Positions 46,540-56,144 of a stretch of DNA of 58,218 bases are shown here, piece after piece. The position numbers and the translations under genes were made by a program. Position 1 is the first letter of the stretch, and each line of letters starts with the position of its first letter. The DNA is from an uncultured virus (IMG/VR IMGVR_UViG_2140918032_000035) (lineage: Duplodnaviria > Heunggongvirae > Uroviricota > Caudoviricetes). The notes below the pieces were generated by a model, which was given only the letters and a program-made list of their open reading frames with translations, was not told the DNA's origin and did no database searches. The stretch is taken from the IMG/VR virus record IMGVR_UViG_2140918032_000035, one strand, 5' to 3'.

Positions 46540-46824
46540 ATGTTTGTAACACTCAAGGACGGTTCTCACGGCGAGATCACTCTTGCTGAAGCACAGCGTA
46601 TCGCAATGGATATAGATGCGGAAGAAAAGGAATATGTCCGTCTTAATCTCTCAAAGGTATTGGGACCGGAGATGGCTTCCATTCCGCCTGTCGTTGCTTC
46701 GTTTACGGACATGTGGCGTTCCCTCCGTGAAGAATACGGCGAAGAAAAGGCTATGAGAAAGATAATGAATGACCTGAACAACGGAGTCATCGTTATTGAT
46801 ACTACGGGAGGTGCAAGGCATTGA
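46540..46824 (+). CDS. Hypothetical protein
   Basis: GGAGG RBS before MFVTL. Confidence 0.65.
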   Translation: MFVTLKDGSHGEITLAEAQRIAMDIDAEEKEYVRLNLSKVLGPEMASIPPVVASFTDMWRSLREEYGEEKAMRKIMNDLNNGVIVIDTTGGARH

Positions 46825-47783
46825 GCTACTCATCTGAGAATTGGTTTCGTCCCGGTGCTGCACCCGACACTGCAGATCTTACTTCGCCCTGGTTCGTAAC
46901 CGCCTACTCTGAAGTAACAGCTGACAAGGTCAAGGATTTTCTCAGCGTTACAGGTGGCAGGCTTCCTAACGGATGCCCTGATGCCGAGGCTTTGGCTTCC
47001 GCCATCCAGGTCGCCTGGAAGGGACATCTGGTTGACCGTTTCGTTCCCAGATCTTCCGGCTTCGTGCTTTTGGATCATCTGGTCAGGTTTGCCGCAGATA
47101 ATTGGCAGGCGATAGCTACTTACAAGGCTTTATCTCCATCCGCCAAGCCTAACTGCTACCTCTCACGAAGAGGGAATGTTCCCGGCATAGTCTATGCTGA
47201 CAAGTTCCTCTATATGAAGGGCAACAAGTGGACATACGATCCGAACTTTGATGCGACAGGGCTCCCGCCTATGTCGGATTTTGCTTTTAAGAGAAGGTTC
47301 GACAATGCCGATAAGTATATTGAGTCCTTTAAGCACATGACGGACTTTCGTACCGTGGTCGCTCTGGACTCTCAGTGCTTCGACGGTATCTTCTCACTGA
47401 TGAATCTGCTCCGCACTCTCGGTGCCGAGAAGGTGCTCCGCCCCGTCGTTATATTCGTGGGCAAGCCTGATATGTCGGCACGCGTGTCGGTAGGAGACAA
47501 GAAGGTCAGTCTCTTTGATGCACTCAAGGACTATGCCGAGGTGTTCGTATGCGAAACGCCCGGCCTGGTGCCTCTCTGCATCGGATGTAACCGCTCCGTG
47601 CTCATTACTTCGGACAGTGACCTCTGCGACATAGCAGCATCAAGCGGTGTCAAGGTGGTTGCGTACTGCGAGCTGTCGGCACAAAACGAATTTCCTAAGG
47701 CCATAATGTGTGTGGAGCCCGGTCACGAAGACCAGATCACAGTCGATAGTCTGACTCGATTATTCGGCCGCGGCATAGGTTAG
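46821..47783 (+). CDS. Hypothetical protein, C-terminus FGRGIG
   Basis: 320-aa ORF, TTG start with GGAGG RBS. Confidence 0.7.
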   Translation: MSYSSENWFRPGAAPDTADLTSPWFVTAYSEVTADKVKDFLSVTGGRLPNGCPDAEALASAIQVAWKGHLVDRFVPRSSGFVLLDHLVRFAADNWQAIATYKALSPSAKPNCYLSRRGNVPGIVYADKFLYMKGNKWTYDPNFDATGLPPMSDFAFKRRFDNADKYIESFKHMTDFRTVVALDSQCFDGIFSLMNLLRTLGAEKVLRPVVIFVGKPDMSARVSVGDKKVSLFDALKDYAEVFVCETPGLVPLCIGCNRSVLITSDSDLCDIAASSGVKVVAYCELSAQNEFPKAIMCVEPGHEDQITVDSLTRLFGRGIG

Positions 47784-47898
47784 TGAGTGTGCGGCGGCGC
47801 TGTGTGGCGCTATCGCGTAGGGCTGTCAGACTCGGTTTGACAATCTGCGATTGAGACACTTAAACCAGCATACTGTCTCGGTTCGATATAGATTTGTA

Positions 47899-47927
47899 TT
47901 GAAAAAAGTCGGCAGTTGGGCTATATT
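47899..47927 (+). promoter_or_regulatory. Sigma-A-type promoter, possibly driving the transfer region
   Basis: TTGAAA-N17-TATATT. Confidence 0.7.
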
Positions 47928-48092
47928 AAATATGGAACCTGACTTGCTGCATCTGGCGGCGGTGCTGATACGCGACGGTATATCAGGGATATGCTGTATC
48001 AGTCCAAAGCAGACCGGGGTGACCGTAAAGCTGGTCTTACATAAGTAAGAGAGTGGGAATAGGCTCGGCAAACAGATACCAAGGAGGGTTTT

Positions 48093-48752
48093 ATGTTTGA
48101 GGTGGACAATCTGGAGCTTGTTATGGCTAAGCCGGGTGATATTATCTTTATCTCGGATTTCTGGCTCAGAAAGCAGAAAGAGACATACAGGAACCATCAC
48201 GGTATGTGGGCAGGAAGCAGACCTTATCTGGTCCTCGCCACCGGCGGTAACAGGGAAAAGTTGTTCGCGGTACCTATGACTTCCTCGGTCGGCAGGATCG
48301 CTGATGAGATCGAGGCGGCGCAGGTAAGAAACAAGAGTTCCAGGGATATGCCGATGGCTCTGTTCTGTACCACGCTGTATCCGAACAACGGCAGACATAA
48401 CGGAGCGATAGTCCTCAACTGCCCTGTCGTTGTCCCCGCGTACTCCAAGTATTGTCATCTGCCCCGGACATTTATCGGATCCAGACTCAACGAGTTGTGG
48501 CCTCCGAGCGGACATGAGTTCCGCACCAAAGAGCTTCTGAACCGTGCCCGTGAAGGGTACGACAAAGCAAAACTCTTATCGGATTACTGTCCGATGAATT
48601 ACGACTATGACGGTGTCTATTCGGACCTGTATAGATATTGCGACAAACTGTATAAACGCAAGGCGACTCTTACCAATCCTGACGCTTATGACAGATGGAG
48701 CAATCACGAGATAGAAAAGATACGGAAAGCCTTTGAGGGCTTGAAGGCGTAG
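48093..48752 (+). CDS. PemK/MazF/ToxN-fold endoribonuclease-like protein
   Basis: PGDIIF, SRPYLVL, AVPMTSS; paralog-like to 43346. Confidence 0.6.
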   Translation: MFEVDNLELVMAKPGDIIFISDFWLRKQKETYRNHHGMWAGSRPYLVLATGGNREKLFAVPMTSSVGRIADEIEAAQVRNKSSRDMPMALFCTTLYPNNGRHNGAIVLNCPVVVPAYSKYCHLPRTFIGSRLNELWPPSGHEFRTKELLNRAREGYDKAKLLSDYCPMNYDYDGVYSDLYRYCDKLYKRKATLTNPDAYDRWSNHEIEKIRKAFEGLKA

Positions 48753-48757
48753 AAAGG

Positions 48758-49045
48758 TTGAAAGTTATGAAGTCTTACGAAGAGTTTAAGAATGAGATCT
48801 TCTCTTCCGGGCAGCCTGAGGGCAGTATTCCGGCAGAGGACGCGTGCTGGGCATTGTATTGTGCCGAGCAGGTACTTGATTCGATCGACCAGGCTCAAGA
48901 TGAGGAACTCATGAAAGTCGATCCGACGGTCGATGATGACATTCACATCTCACTTAACAGTCTGGCTTCCAGACTTCGTGAGGCTCTCGGTATAAAAAGC
49001 TATTATGGTGATACTGACGGTTCGGGATTTGTCCCGGATCCGTGA
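48758..49045 (+). CDS. Acidic hypothetical protein
   Basis: ORF following the PemK-like gene. Confidence 0.6.
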   Translation: MKVMKSYEEFKNEIFSSGQPEGSIPAEDACWALYCAEQVLDSIDQAQDEELMKVDPTVDDDIHISLNSLASRLREALGIKSYYGDTDGSGFVPDP

Positions 49046-49049
49046 TATG

Positions 49050-49087
49050 AAGCGTTGGTCTGTTCCGGCCGACGCTTTTACTATTTG
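49050..49087 (+). terminator. Terminator-like hairpin before the relaxase
   Basis: AAGCGTTGGTC-TGTTCC-GGCCGACGCTT followed by TTACTATTT. Confidence 0.55.
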
Positions 49088-49108
49088 TGAAAGGATAAGA
49101 AAGAGGAT

Positions 49109-49942
49109 ATGGCAGTAACAAAGATTTGGGCCGTTCATAGTAATGTTGACGGTGTTGCGGGTTATGATGTCAACTCGCTGAAGACGGAGTTCGATGAGCG
49201 TTCGCTCGCAGATTCCCTGTCTCTTGTTGTCGATCCTCTGAAGACTGTTGACGGCAAGCTCATCGCAGGCGTGAACTGTGATCCGAGAAAAGCCGCAGCA
49301 GAGTTCAATGAGGTTAAAGAGAAGTTCGGTAAGACTGACGGAGTTCTTGCTTATCACGGATACATTTCGTTTTCGAATTCCGACCGTCTCAACCCCATTG
49401 ATGTCCTGTCTGTCAGTGCGGAGATAGCAAAAGAGATGTGGGGAGATGCGTTCCAGGTACTCCTGGCTGTTCATACGAATACGGAGACCTTACACGCTCA
49501 TTTCCTCGTCAATTCGGTATCGTTCATTGACGGACATAAGGCTTCGGATAATGAGAAGAATTATTACAGACTGCGTGCTATTTCAGACCGCATCTGCGGT
49601 AAGTATGACCTTATCATTCCCGAGCCTTCCAAAGAGGAAGAGATAGACTATCGTGAGTTGGAAAAACGCCTTGTCGAGATCCGTATGAAAAGTCCTACGG
49701 TCGAACTGCTCAAGGCGAATCTGTCCAAGGAGGGAATGACCTACTGCGGTACCGAATATATCAAACTTAAAAACGGCAAGTATCTGAAGTTGAGTAAGAT
49801 CAGTCCGAGCATCGCGAAGCTCTTTGAGTACAAGTCTGCCGATGTTGCATCCAAGCCTGAGCTCAAGCCCGGCGAACCTGCAGCGGCGGCTCCCGATCTC
49901 GGTCTCGGCAGGAACTTCAGTTACGAGTTTAACAGGGGGTAA
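49109..49942 (+). CDS. Relaxase/mobilization nuclease (MOBP-like), short
   Basis: MAVTKIW, AYHGYISF, AVHTNT..LHAHFLVNSVS..DG.K HUH motifs. Confidence 0.9.
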   Translation: MAVTKIWAVHSNVDGVAGYDVNSLKTEFDERSLADSLSLVVDPLKTVDGKLIAGVNCDPRKAAAEFNEVKEKFGKTDGVLAYHGYISFSNSDRLNPIDVLSVSAEIAKEMWGDAFQVLLAVHTNTETLHAHFLVNSVSFIDGHKASDNEKNYYRLRAISDRICGKYDLIIPEPSKEEEIDYRELEKRLVEIRMKSPTVELLKANLSKEGMTYCGTEYIKLKNGKYLKLSKISPSIAKLFEYKSADVASKPELKPGEPAAAAPDLGLGRNFSYEFNRG

Positions 49943-49947
49943 ACATT

Positions 49948-51589
49948 ATGGCTTCCAGAAATGACAGCACACTGTTCAATCTGCTCCGTTCTTTCCAGAC
50001 TCAGCAGAATATGTTGGGCAACGAGTTTACACAGATCGGCCGTGCAGTCGGCGAAGAAGAGGCTTCTGCTGCTTTGAACTTTGCCAACATCGGTGCCGTT
50101 ATGGCTCTCGGTGCGGTTGCGTGGATGTACGGCTTCCATCTCGACAACAAAGACAAGACCGTTAAGGATTTCTTTACCAAGGCGGAACAGTTCGGAGGTC
50201 TCGGCGTTCCTATGGATGATACCGGTGCCGTGCTTGCCGACTCTGACATTCTTGTCAAGCTCAAGTCAAAGATCGGCATTGGCGATGGTACTATGAACCG
50301 CAACGAAAAGAAGGGCTTTAAGACTGTCTATAAGAGTTCCTACGACACCGTTATCGAGAATATCAGAAAGAACCAGGATACTGCCGTTCATCGTGCTCTC
50401 ACGGCGAACAATCTTTGGGACAGTTTCCTGCTCTGTCATCAGTGCAACAAGAACAACTTGTTCTTTGCAGTAACGGGTAATTGGCCGCCTTCGTTCCAGA
50501 TCAATCTCTGCGGAGTCGATCCTCAGGAGATTGCCGAGCTCAAGAAGACTCTTGCCAAGTGCGGAGTTACTATGGAAGCCTCGATGGCAGCCGGTAAAGA
50601 CGGCTTCTACAACCTCGGCGGNNNNNNNNNNNNNNNNNNNNNNNNNNNNNNNNNNNNNNNNNNNNNATTCTCTGACTAAGGCTGCTAAGGCTCTGAAGGG
50701 TAAGACTTTCAATGTTGAAGTCAAGCCTGATGTTTTTGATGATGTCAGTGCGGCAGAAATTATTACCGAGCATCGCGATAAGCATACTCTGACTTTGACT
50801 ACTACTGCAGACGACTCCGAGATGAAGTTGCTCATGCACTATTCCAAGAGGTTCGGAGGCGAGTTCACGGAACTTGATACCGACCTTGGTGTCGTTGACA
50901 TCGGCAAGGCGGATTTCAAAGAGTTTGAAAAGAACATGTCGCTTCACGGATTTGAAGTTAAAGACCTCGGCGATGGCAAGGTTTCCGTCAAGGGCAGTCT
51001 GCTGAAGATAAGAGATATGAACGGAGCATCGGTCGGCCTTGCTGACGGTGCATTCGACGGTATCAAGAAGGCGATCACAGACGGTACTCTCAAGGTATCT
51101 TATGCGTTCCACAATCCTACGGGATTTGACGGTCTGATGCAGTTGCTCTTCGTGGCAAACAGCCGTCTGTCCGGTGTCTGGGGCAACGGTTCCGGCTGCG
51201 ATACTATCAAGCAGCAGATCAAGACCTTTGCCAAGACGCTTCAGATCGATCCCCGCCGTGCCGGGCTTGGTCTTATGTACGGCGAAAAGCGTGGTGCTGC
51301 CATCTTTGAGAGATCGCTCCGTTCGCTCGTTATGGATGAGGAAATGGCTGCTATGTTCGATCTCGATATGAGGACCGAAGACGGCAAGCCTGTTCACGCA
51401 TTCTTTGACGAGAAGGGTAACTGCAAGGTTACGAACCTTCTTAATGCAGAACAGCACACTGAGTTTGCCAGAAGACAGCAGGAACAGCTGCTCGCAGGAC
51501 TCCAGGATCTTCTCAAGAATGTTCCTGTTGCACCCGACGGCTCACCTACTGCTTTTGCAAACGGTCAGTTGAACAACTTGATAAAGTAA
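49948..51589 (+). CDS. Hypothetical transfer-region protein (interrupted by N-gap; may be one gene)
   Basis: Open frames on both sides of gap 50622-50666. Confidence 0.55.
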
Positions 51590-51607
51590 CAGAAAGGAGA
51601 CCGCGAT

Positions 51608-52252
51608 ATGCCTAAGAGTATCGTAAGAAATGTGTTGGGTGTCGGCATTGAGACCTACGGCGAGAGCGAAGACAGTATGGTCCTGGCTCATTCGCTTTAC
51701 AGCGGTTTCATCATGTCACACAAGCGTACCATCAATAAGGATTCGCTCAAGAACCCTCCTTTTACGACCAAGAGAGGCGGTGACAGTACGACTCAGTCAT
51801 TCATTCTCTTTGTCCCCAATGACAAGGAAGGTGCTATGCTTGATGCTCTGCACGAAGTCGGTGCTGCCTGCTGTATGTGGTCCGGTTTCGGTGATGATTC
51901 CAAGACTCTGTTCCTGGTGGACGAGCCGGATGTCGCCGAGCGTGCCGCGAAAATGGCAGGTATCACTTTAAGCAAAGAAGATTATATTACCGTTGTCTTT
52001 ACTGACGAGGGACTTCAGGAACCCTCGCCTGACGGCGGCATAGGCTCCGAGGATGTGCGTGGGGTGGGTGAGAGCCTTGTCTTTGCTATCGGATTCCTGC
52101 ATCTGCTTGAAGAACAGGGCTGGACATATCCTGCTCTGCCCGAACGCTTCTTCTCGCCTCAGGAGTTCAAAGAGTTTCAGGAAAGGAGCAAGCTGGAGAG
52201 CGAACTCGTTGAAGAGTATAACAATCTGGCTATGAGTCAGTATGCAGAATAA
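51608..52252 (+). CDS. Hypothetical transfer-region protein
   Basis: AAAGGAG RBS. Confidence 0.7.
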   Translation: MPKSIVRNVLGVGIETYGESEDSMVLAHSLYSGFIMSHKRTINKDSLKNPPFTTKRGGDSTTQSFILFVPNDKEGAMLDALHEVGAACCMWSGFGDDSKTLFLVDEPDVAERAAKMAGITLSKEDYITVVFTDEGLQEPSPDGGIGSEDVRGVGESLVFAIGFLHLLEEQGWTYPALPERFFSPQEFKEFQERSKLESELVEEYNNLAMSQYAE

Positions 52253-54095
52253 CCAAAGAAAACGCGCCTACAAAATGTTTGCCCTGTTTATGGCTCCGTT
52301 TGTGGCCGTATTGGGCTTTCTTGAAGGTCAGAACATTGAGACGCACGGCTGGCTTAATGCTCTGCTCAAACCCGGCAATCTGGTCATCTATACTGATGAT
52401 CTGTGGCCGTCGTTTAAGTGGGCAGGTATCCTTCTTCTTATCTATGCCGCTGCTATGTTCGTGGTCATCTCAATGGTACACAACTACCGTCCGGGCGAGG
52501 AATACGGTACTACGGATTGGGGCGATCCCGAAAAGTTAGGAGAGAAATACCACGATCCGGATGACGATTCCTATAATAAGAGATTTACTGAATCGTTCTC
52601 GTTGTCTTATAACAACAAGTTTGCACAAAGAAACAGTAACTCGCTTATCCTCGGTGGTTCCGGTGCAGGTAAGACTTTCCGATACGCCATGCCGAACCTT
52701 TTGACGGCAGGCTGTTCGTTTATCGATGTCGATCCGAAAGGCGAGCACTTGGCGAATGCCGGTAACAGACTTGTCGAGCTTGGCTATGATGTCAAGGTGC
52801 TTAACCTTACTAACTTCGAGGAGTCTGACTGCTATAATCCGTTCAAGTATATCCGCGAGAACGAGTATCAGCGTGACATCGAGAACCTGGTCAACATCAT
52901 CTTCGATGCTGCTACCAACGGTTCCGAAACGAAGCAGGATCCGTTCTGGGACAACCAGGCTAAATCCGTGCTTCTTGCAATTATGTACTATGTCTATTTC
53001 GAGTATCCGAAGGCTTCACAGAACTTCGGTGCCGTTATGGAGATAAAGAGAAGGGCAACTATCGTTACAGGTTCTCCGATGCAGCCCTCGGCTCCTACTG
53101 AAGCCGATCCGTTGTTCGACGAACTCAAGGCACGCGATCCTGATCACATTGCTTTGAAGTATTGGCAGGAATATGCTCCGGCATCATCCAATGTTAAAAA
53201 GGATGTCGCGTCCACTCTGAACTCGAAGCTGTCTAACTTCAACAACGAAGGTCTTGTCAAACTTACTCGTTTCGACGATATGGACCTCGGTACTATGGGC
53301 GACAAGAAGCGTATCATCTTCCTTGTCATTTCCGATACCGATACTTCGCTGAACTTCATCGTATCCATCTTCTACTCCCAGCTGTTCAATACGCTGTTCA
53401 GAGTTGCTGATGAAGTTTACCGCGGACCGCTTCCCGTCCATGTCGAGATACTGATGGATGAGTTTGCCAACATCAAATTGCCTAAGGACTTTGATAAGGT
53501 GCTTTCGACGATGCGTTCCCGTAATGTTTCGGCATCTATCATCATTCAGTCCTTGTCGCAGCTCAAGGCTCTGTATGAAAAACAGTGGGAGACCATTATA
53601 GATAACTGTGATACCCTGTTGTTCCTCGGTTCCGGAGGTCTTGAGACAGGTAAATACTTCTCCGAGCTTCTCGGTAAGTACACCCTGGATACTCACAATT
53701 CTTCGCTCAGCAAAGGCCGTCAGGGTTCTACACAGACATCCGAGCAGCGTATTGCCAGAGACCTGTTGGATCCTTCCGAGATCCGAAGGCTCGACAATGA
53801 ACTCGCTATCGTCTTTGTCCGTGGTGAGATGCCTGTCAAAGACAACAAGATCAACATTGTCCAGGATCCTGCGTGGGCTAAGTACATTGAGTATTCGGCT
53901 TATGACAAGAAGACCGGCAAACAGTATGAACCTCCGAAAAAGCACAATGTTGAGGCTTTCGACGAGGACGAGTGCGATCTTATCGACGAGGTTTCCATTA
54001 CCCCGCCTGAAGATCTCTATTACTTCGTTTCTCAAGACGAGTTGGACTTAGTGAACTTCTCGCCTAAGAAAAATAAGAAGCGTAAAGCAGCGTAA
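52242..54095 (+). CDS. virD4: Type IV coupling protein VirD4/TraG
   Basis: Two TM segments, GGSGAGKT Walker A, DPKGE, YNPF, DPFW, LMDEFAN, QSLSQL. Confidence 0.95.
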   Translation: MQNNQRKRAYKMFALFMAPFVAVLGFLEGQNIETHGWLNALLKPGNLVIYTDDLWPSFKWAGILLLIYAAAMFVVISMVHNYRPGEEYGTTDWGDPEKLGEKYHDPDDDSYNKRFTESFSLSYNNKFAQRNSNSLILGGSGAGKTFRYAMPNLLTAGCSFIDVDPKGEHLANAGNRLVELGYDVKVLNLTNFEESDCYNPFKYIRENEYQRDIENLVNIIFDAATNGSETKQDPFWDNQAKSVLLAIMYYVYFEYPKASQNFGAVMEIKRRATIVTGSPMQPSAPTEADPLFDELKARDPDHIALKYWQEYAPASSNVKKDVASTLNSKLSNFNNEGLVKLTRFDDMDLGTMGDKKRIIFLVISDTDTSLNFIVSIFYSQLFNTLFRVADEVYRGPLPVHVEILMDEFANIKLPKDFDKVLSTMRSRNVSASIIIQSLSQLKALYEKQWETIIDNCDTLLFLGSGGLETGKYFSELLGKYTLDTHNSSLSKGRQGSTQTSEQRIARDLLDPSEIRRLDNELAIVFVRGEMPVKDNKINIVQDPAWAKYIEYSAYDKKTGKQYEPPKKHNVEAFDEDECDLIDEVSITPPEDLYYFVSQDELDLVNFSPKKNKKRKAA

Positions 54096-54171
54096 CTTTA
54101 CGATTCGCAACCCCGCCGTAGGGCTTACGGCATAAAAGATCTTTTATGAACAGGAAAGGAGATTTCCGATT

Positions 54172-54537
54172 ATGTTAAGTAACTTCTTCGTAGCAGGTGC
54201 TACAACTCTCGCGGCTGTCAAAGCCAGCCCTGTTGTCGCCGGAGCAAAGATGATGATGGCAGGTTCGTATATCATGCAGCTTGCAGGTACGGACTTTAAC
54301 ACTATGGCACAGAACTTCGCAGGTGTTGTTGCGACCGTTCTTTCTGCCGTCGGTGTCATCCTCTGCCTTTGGGGCGGATTCAACTTTGCGATGTCTCTCG
54401 AAGCTCGTGATAACAACCAGAGAATCCAGGGTGCTATCACTTTCTTCTCCGGCATCTTACTGCTCGTTCTCCCTCAGATCGTCAACACCGTATCTGGCGG
54501 AAGCGTTACTGTATCTCCTGTTGACATTACAGGCTGA
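54172..54537 (+). CDS. VirB2/pilin-like small membrane protein
   Basis: Two hydrophobic helices; position directly after virD4. Confidence 0.65.
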   Translation: MLSNFFVAGATTLAAVKASPVVAGAKMMMAGSYIMQLAGTDFNTMAQNFAGVVATVLSAVGVILCLWGGFNFAMSLEARDNNQRIQGAITFFSGILLLVLPQIVNTVSGGSVTVSPVDITG

Positions 54538-54546
54538 TGCAGATTT

Positions 54547-54585
54547 GGCTCCCTCTCTTGGCGCAAAGGGAGGGAAGCCTCTTTT
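54547..54585 (+). terminator. Stem-loop after the pilin-like gene
   Basis: GGCTCCCTCTCTT..AAAGGGAGGGAAGCC-TCTTTT. Confidence 0.5.
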
Positions 54586-54616
54586 ATATTTGTTAAAGAA
54601 AGGAGATAAATAGCTT

Positions 54617-55774
54617 ATGGATGCCTTAATGGGACTCTTAAAAGCTGTTTGGGGCATTATCGCTCTCTTGGTCAGCCTTGCCAAAGCCTTGTTCTTGCTT
54701 GGTGGTATCTCGGCCCAGACGACTTATAATGCTGCCGAAGCTCTGCTCTATAAAGTGCTGGGTTGGTCAACTAATCTTCTTATGTTTAATCCGGTCGATC
54801 TGATCGGTTCTTTCGGTGAAGGTTCTGCATCTTCAGGCGGTACTGCGGAAAGTGCAGTCAATGTCTGGTTTTCCAGCCATTTGCTCGGAGGCTCGGGTGC
54901 TAACGGTATCGGTACTATCCTTATAGAAGCCGGACTCGGATTGACGCTCATAGCGTTCTTCTACGGATTCTCTGAAAGTACCGTGCAATTAGAGAAGACC
55001 AACATTCAGTTGATCTTTTCCCGTATCCTGCGTTGGATCATTGCGGTAGGTTTGGTTACTGTCAGTTATCAGTTGGTAGGCTGGCTGTTCCTCGGCTTCC
55101 GTTCTTTCTATGACCATCTCGGTCACTTGTCTGCAGGATCCACCAATGCCGAGTCCTTCTTCCAGAACAGTTATTCGGGTGTGTTCTCAACCGGATACGG
55201 TTTGACTTCAGGAACAGACATCTTCGATTGGGATGCGGCGTTCTCACAGACCGACTTTACGGGCGGTATTGAAGATTTCGCAGCCGTTACCTCTCTCCGA
55301 TCCTCTTTGGTCGGTGCGATCGTAATGCTGTTAGGTCTCATGAAACTGTTTAAGAAACTGATCAAGTTTGTCGTAGGGCTCATTCCGAATCTTGTGCGTG
55401 TCGTCGCACTGTTCGTCTGTGCCCCTCTCGGCATCGCGATGTATGCTGCTCCCGAGACTCAACAGAAGGCCAATTCATATATCAGGACCTTTGCTGCCGC
55501 CGTCTTCTCCAACTTGCTGAAGGTAATGGCTATGGGTTTGGTTACCATTATGGCCGTTCAGTTTACAGTCGGTATTGACGGTACTGCTTACCGCCTGCTT
55601 GACACTTACGGAATCGCTTCCGCAGTTCTGCAGGGCGTGTATAACGATGATATTATGATCGACTTCGCATTCCTGATGACATCCGGCGGATTGCTCGGTA
55701 TGCACCTTGTCGTTGACCTTCTCACAAAGACTTGCGAGATTTCGGACCGATTTGCTCAGGAAGTCTTGGCATAA
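54617..55774 (+). CDS. VirB6-like polytopic membrane protein
   Basis: Multiple TM segments; APL.IA.YA..ET..A.SYIR.F motif. Confidence 0.75.
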   Translation: MDALMGLLKAVWGIIALLVSLAKALFLLGGISAQTTYNAAEALLYKVLGWSTNLLMFNPVDLIGSFGEGSASSGGTAESAVNVWFSSHLLGGSGANGIGTILIEAGLGLTLIAFFYGFSESTVQLEKTNIQLIFSRILRWIIAVGLVTVSYQLVGWLFLGFRSFYDHLGHLSAGSTNAESFFQNSYSGVFSTGYGLTSGTDIFDWDAAFSQTDFTGGIEDFAAVTSLRSSLVGAIVMLLGLMKLFKKLIKFVVGLIPNLVRVVALFVCAPLGIAMYAAPETQQKANSYIRTFAAAVFSNLLKVMAMGLVTIMAVQFTVGIDGTAYRLLDTYGIASAVLQGVYNDDIMIDFAFLMTSGGLLGMHLVVDLLTKTCEISDRFAQEVLA

Positions 55775-55790
55775 GAAAGGGGAAGTTTGT

Positions 55791-56144
55791 ATGCGTACAC
55801 AGTTCAATAAAGATGTATCAGATTACAAGTCAAACTTCTGGAAAGGTCTTACCTTCCGCCAGACAGTTTGCGGTGCTGCCGCGATCCTCTGTTTCGTCCT
55901 GTTCAGAGTAGTCTTAAACATTTGGTTTGAAGGCGTGTTCCTGAACATAGCAGGGTTTGGCGGTGCCATCTTCTTCGCTTTCCTCGGTTTCTTTAAGAAG
56001 AACCGTCTGCAGGGCGAAGAATTAGCCCTTTTGTTCCTCAGGTACAGAAGGACTCCGAAGGTTTTGTTATGCCGTAACAAACCCATTGATTTTAACGGTA
56101 TAATCGAAGAAGAAAGTGACGAGGGAAAGGAGCCTGAAGCATGA
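55791..56144 (+). CDS. prgI: PrgI (VirB3-like) protein
   Basis: KDV..Y....W.GLT.RQ motif plus two TM segments. Confidence 0.85.
   Translation: MRTQFNKDVSDYKSNFWKGLTFRQTVCGAAAILCFVLFRVVLNIWFEGVFLNIAGFGGAIFFAFLGFFKKNRLQGEELALLFLRYRRTPKVLLCRNKPIDFNGIIEEESDEGKEPEA

Noticed and set aside
23875..50666. Apparent frameshifts at 23.9 kb, 28.9 kb and 50.6 kb
   Set aside because: They coincide with N-gaps of estimated length, so they are assembly artefacts rather than pseudogenes or recoding
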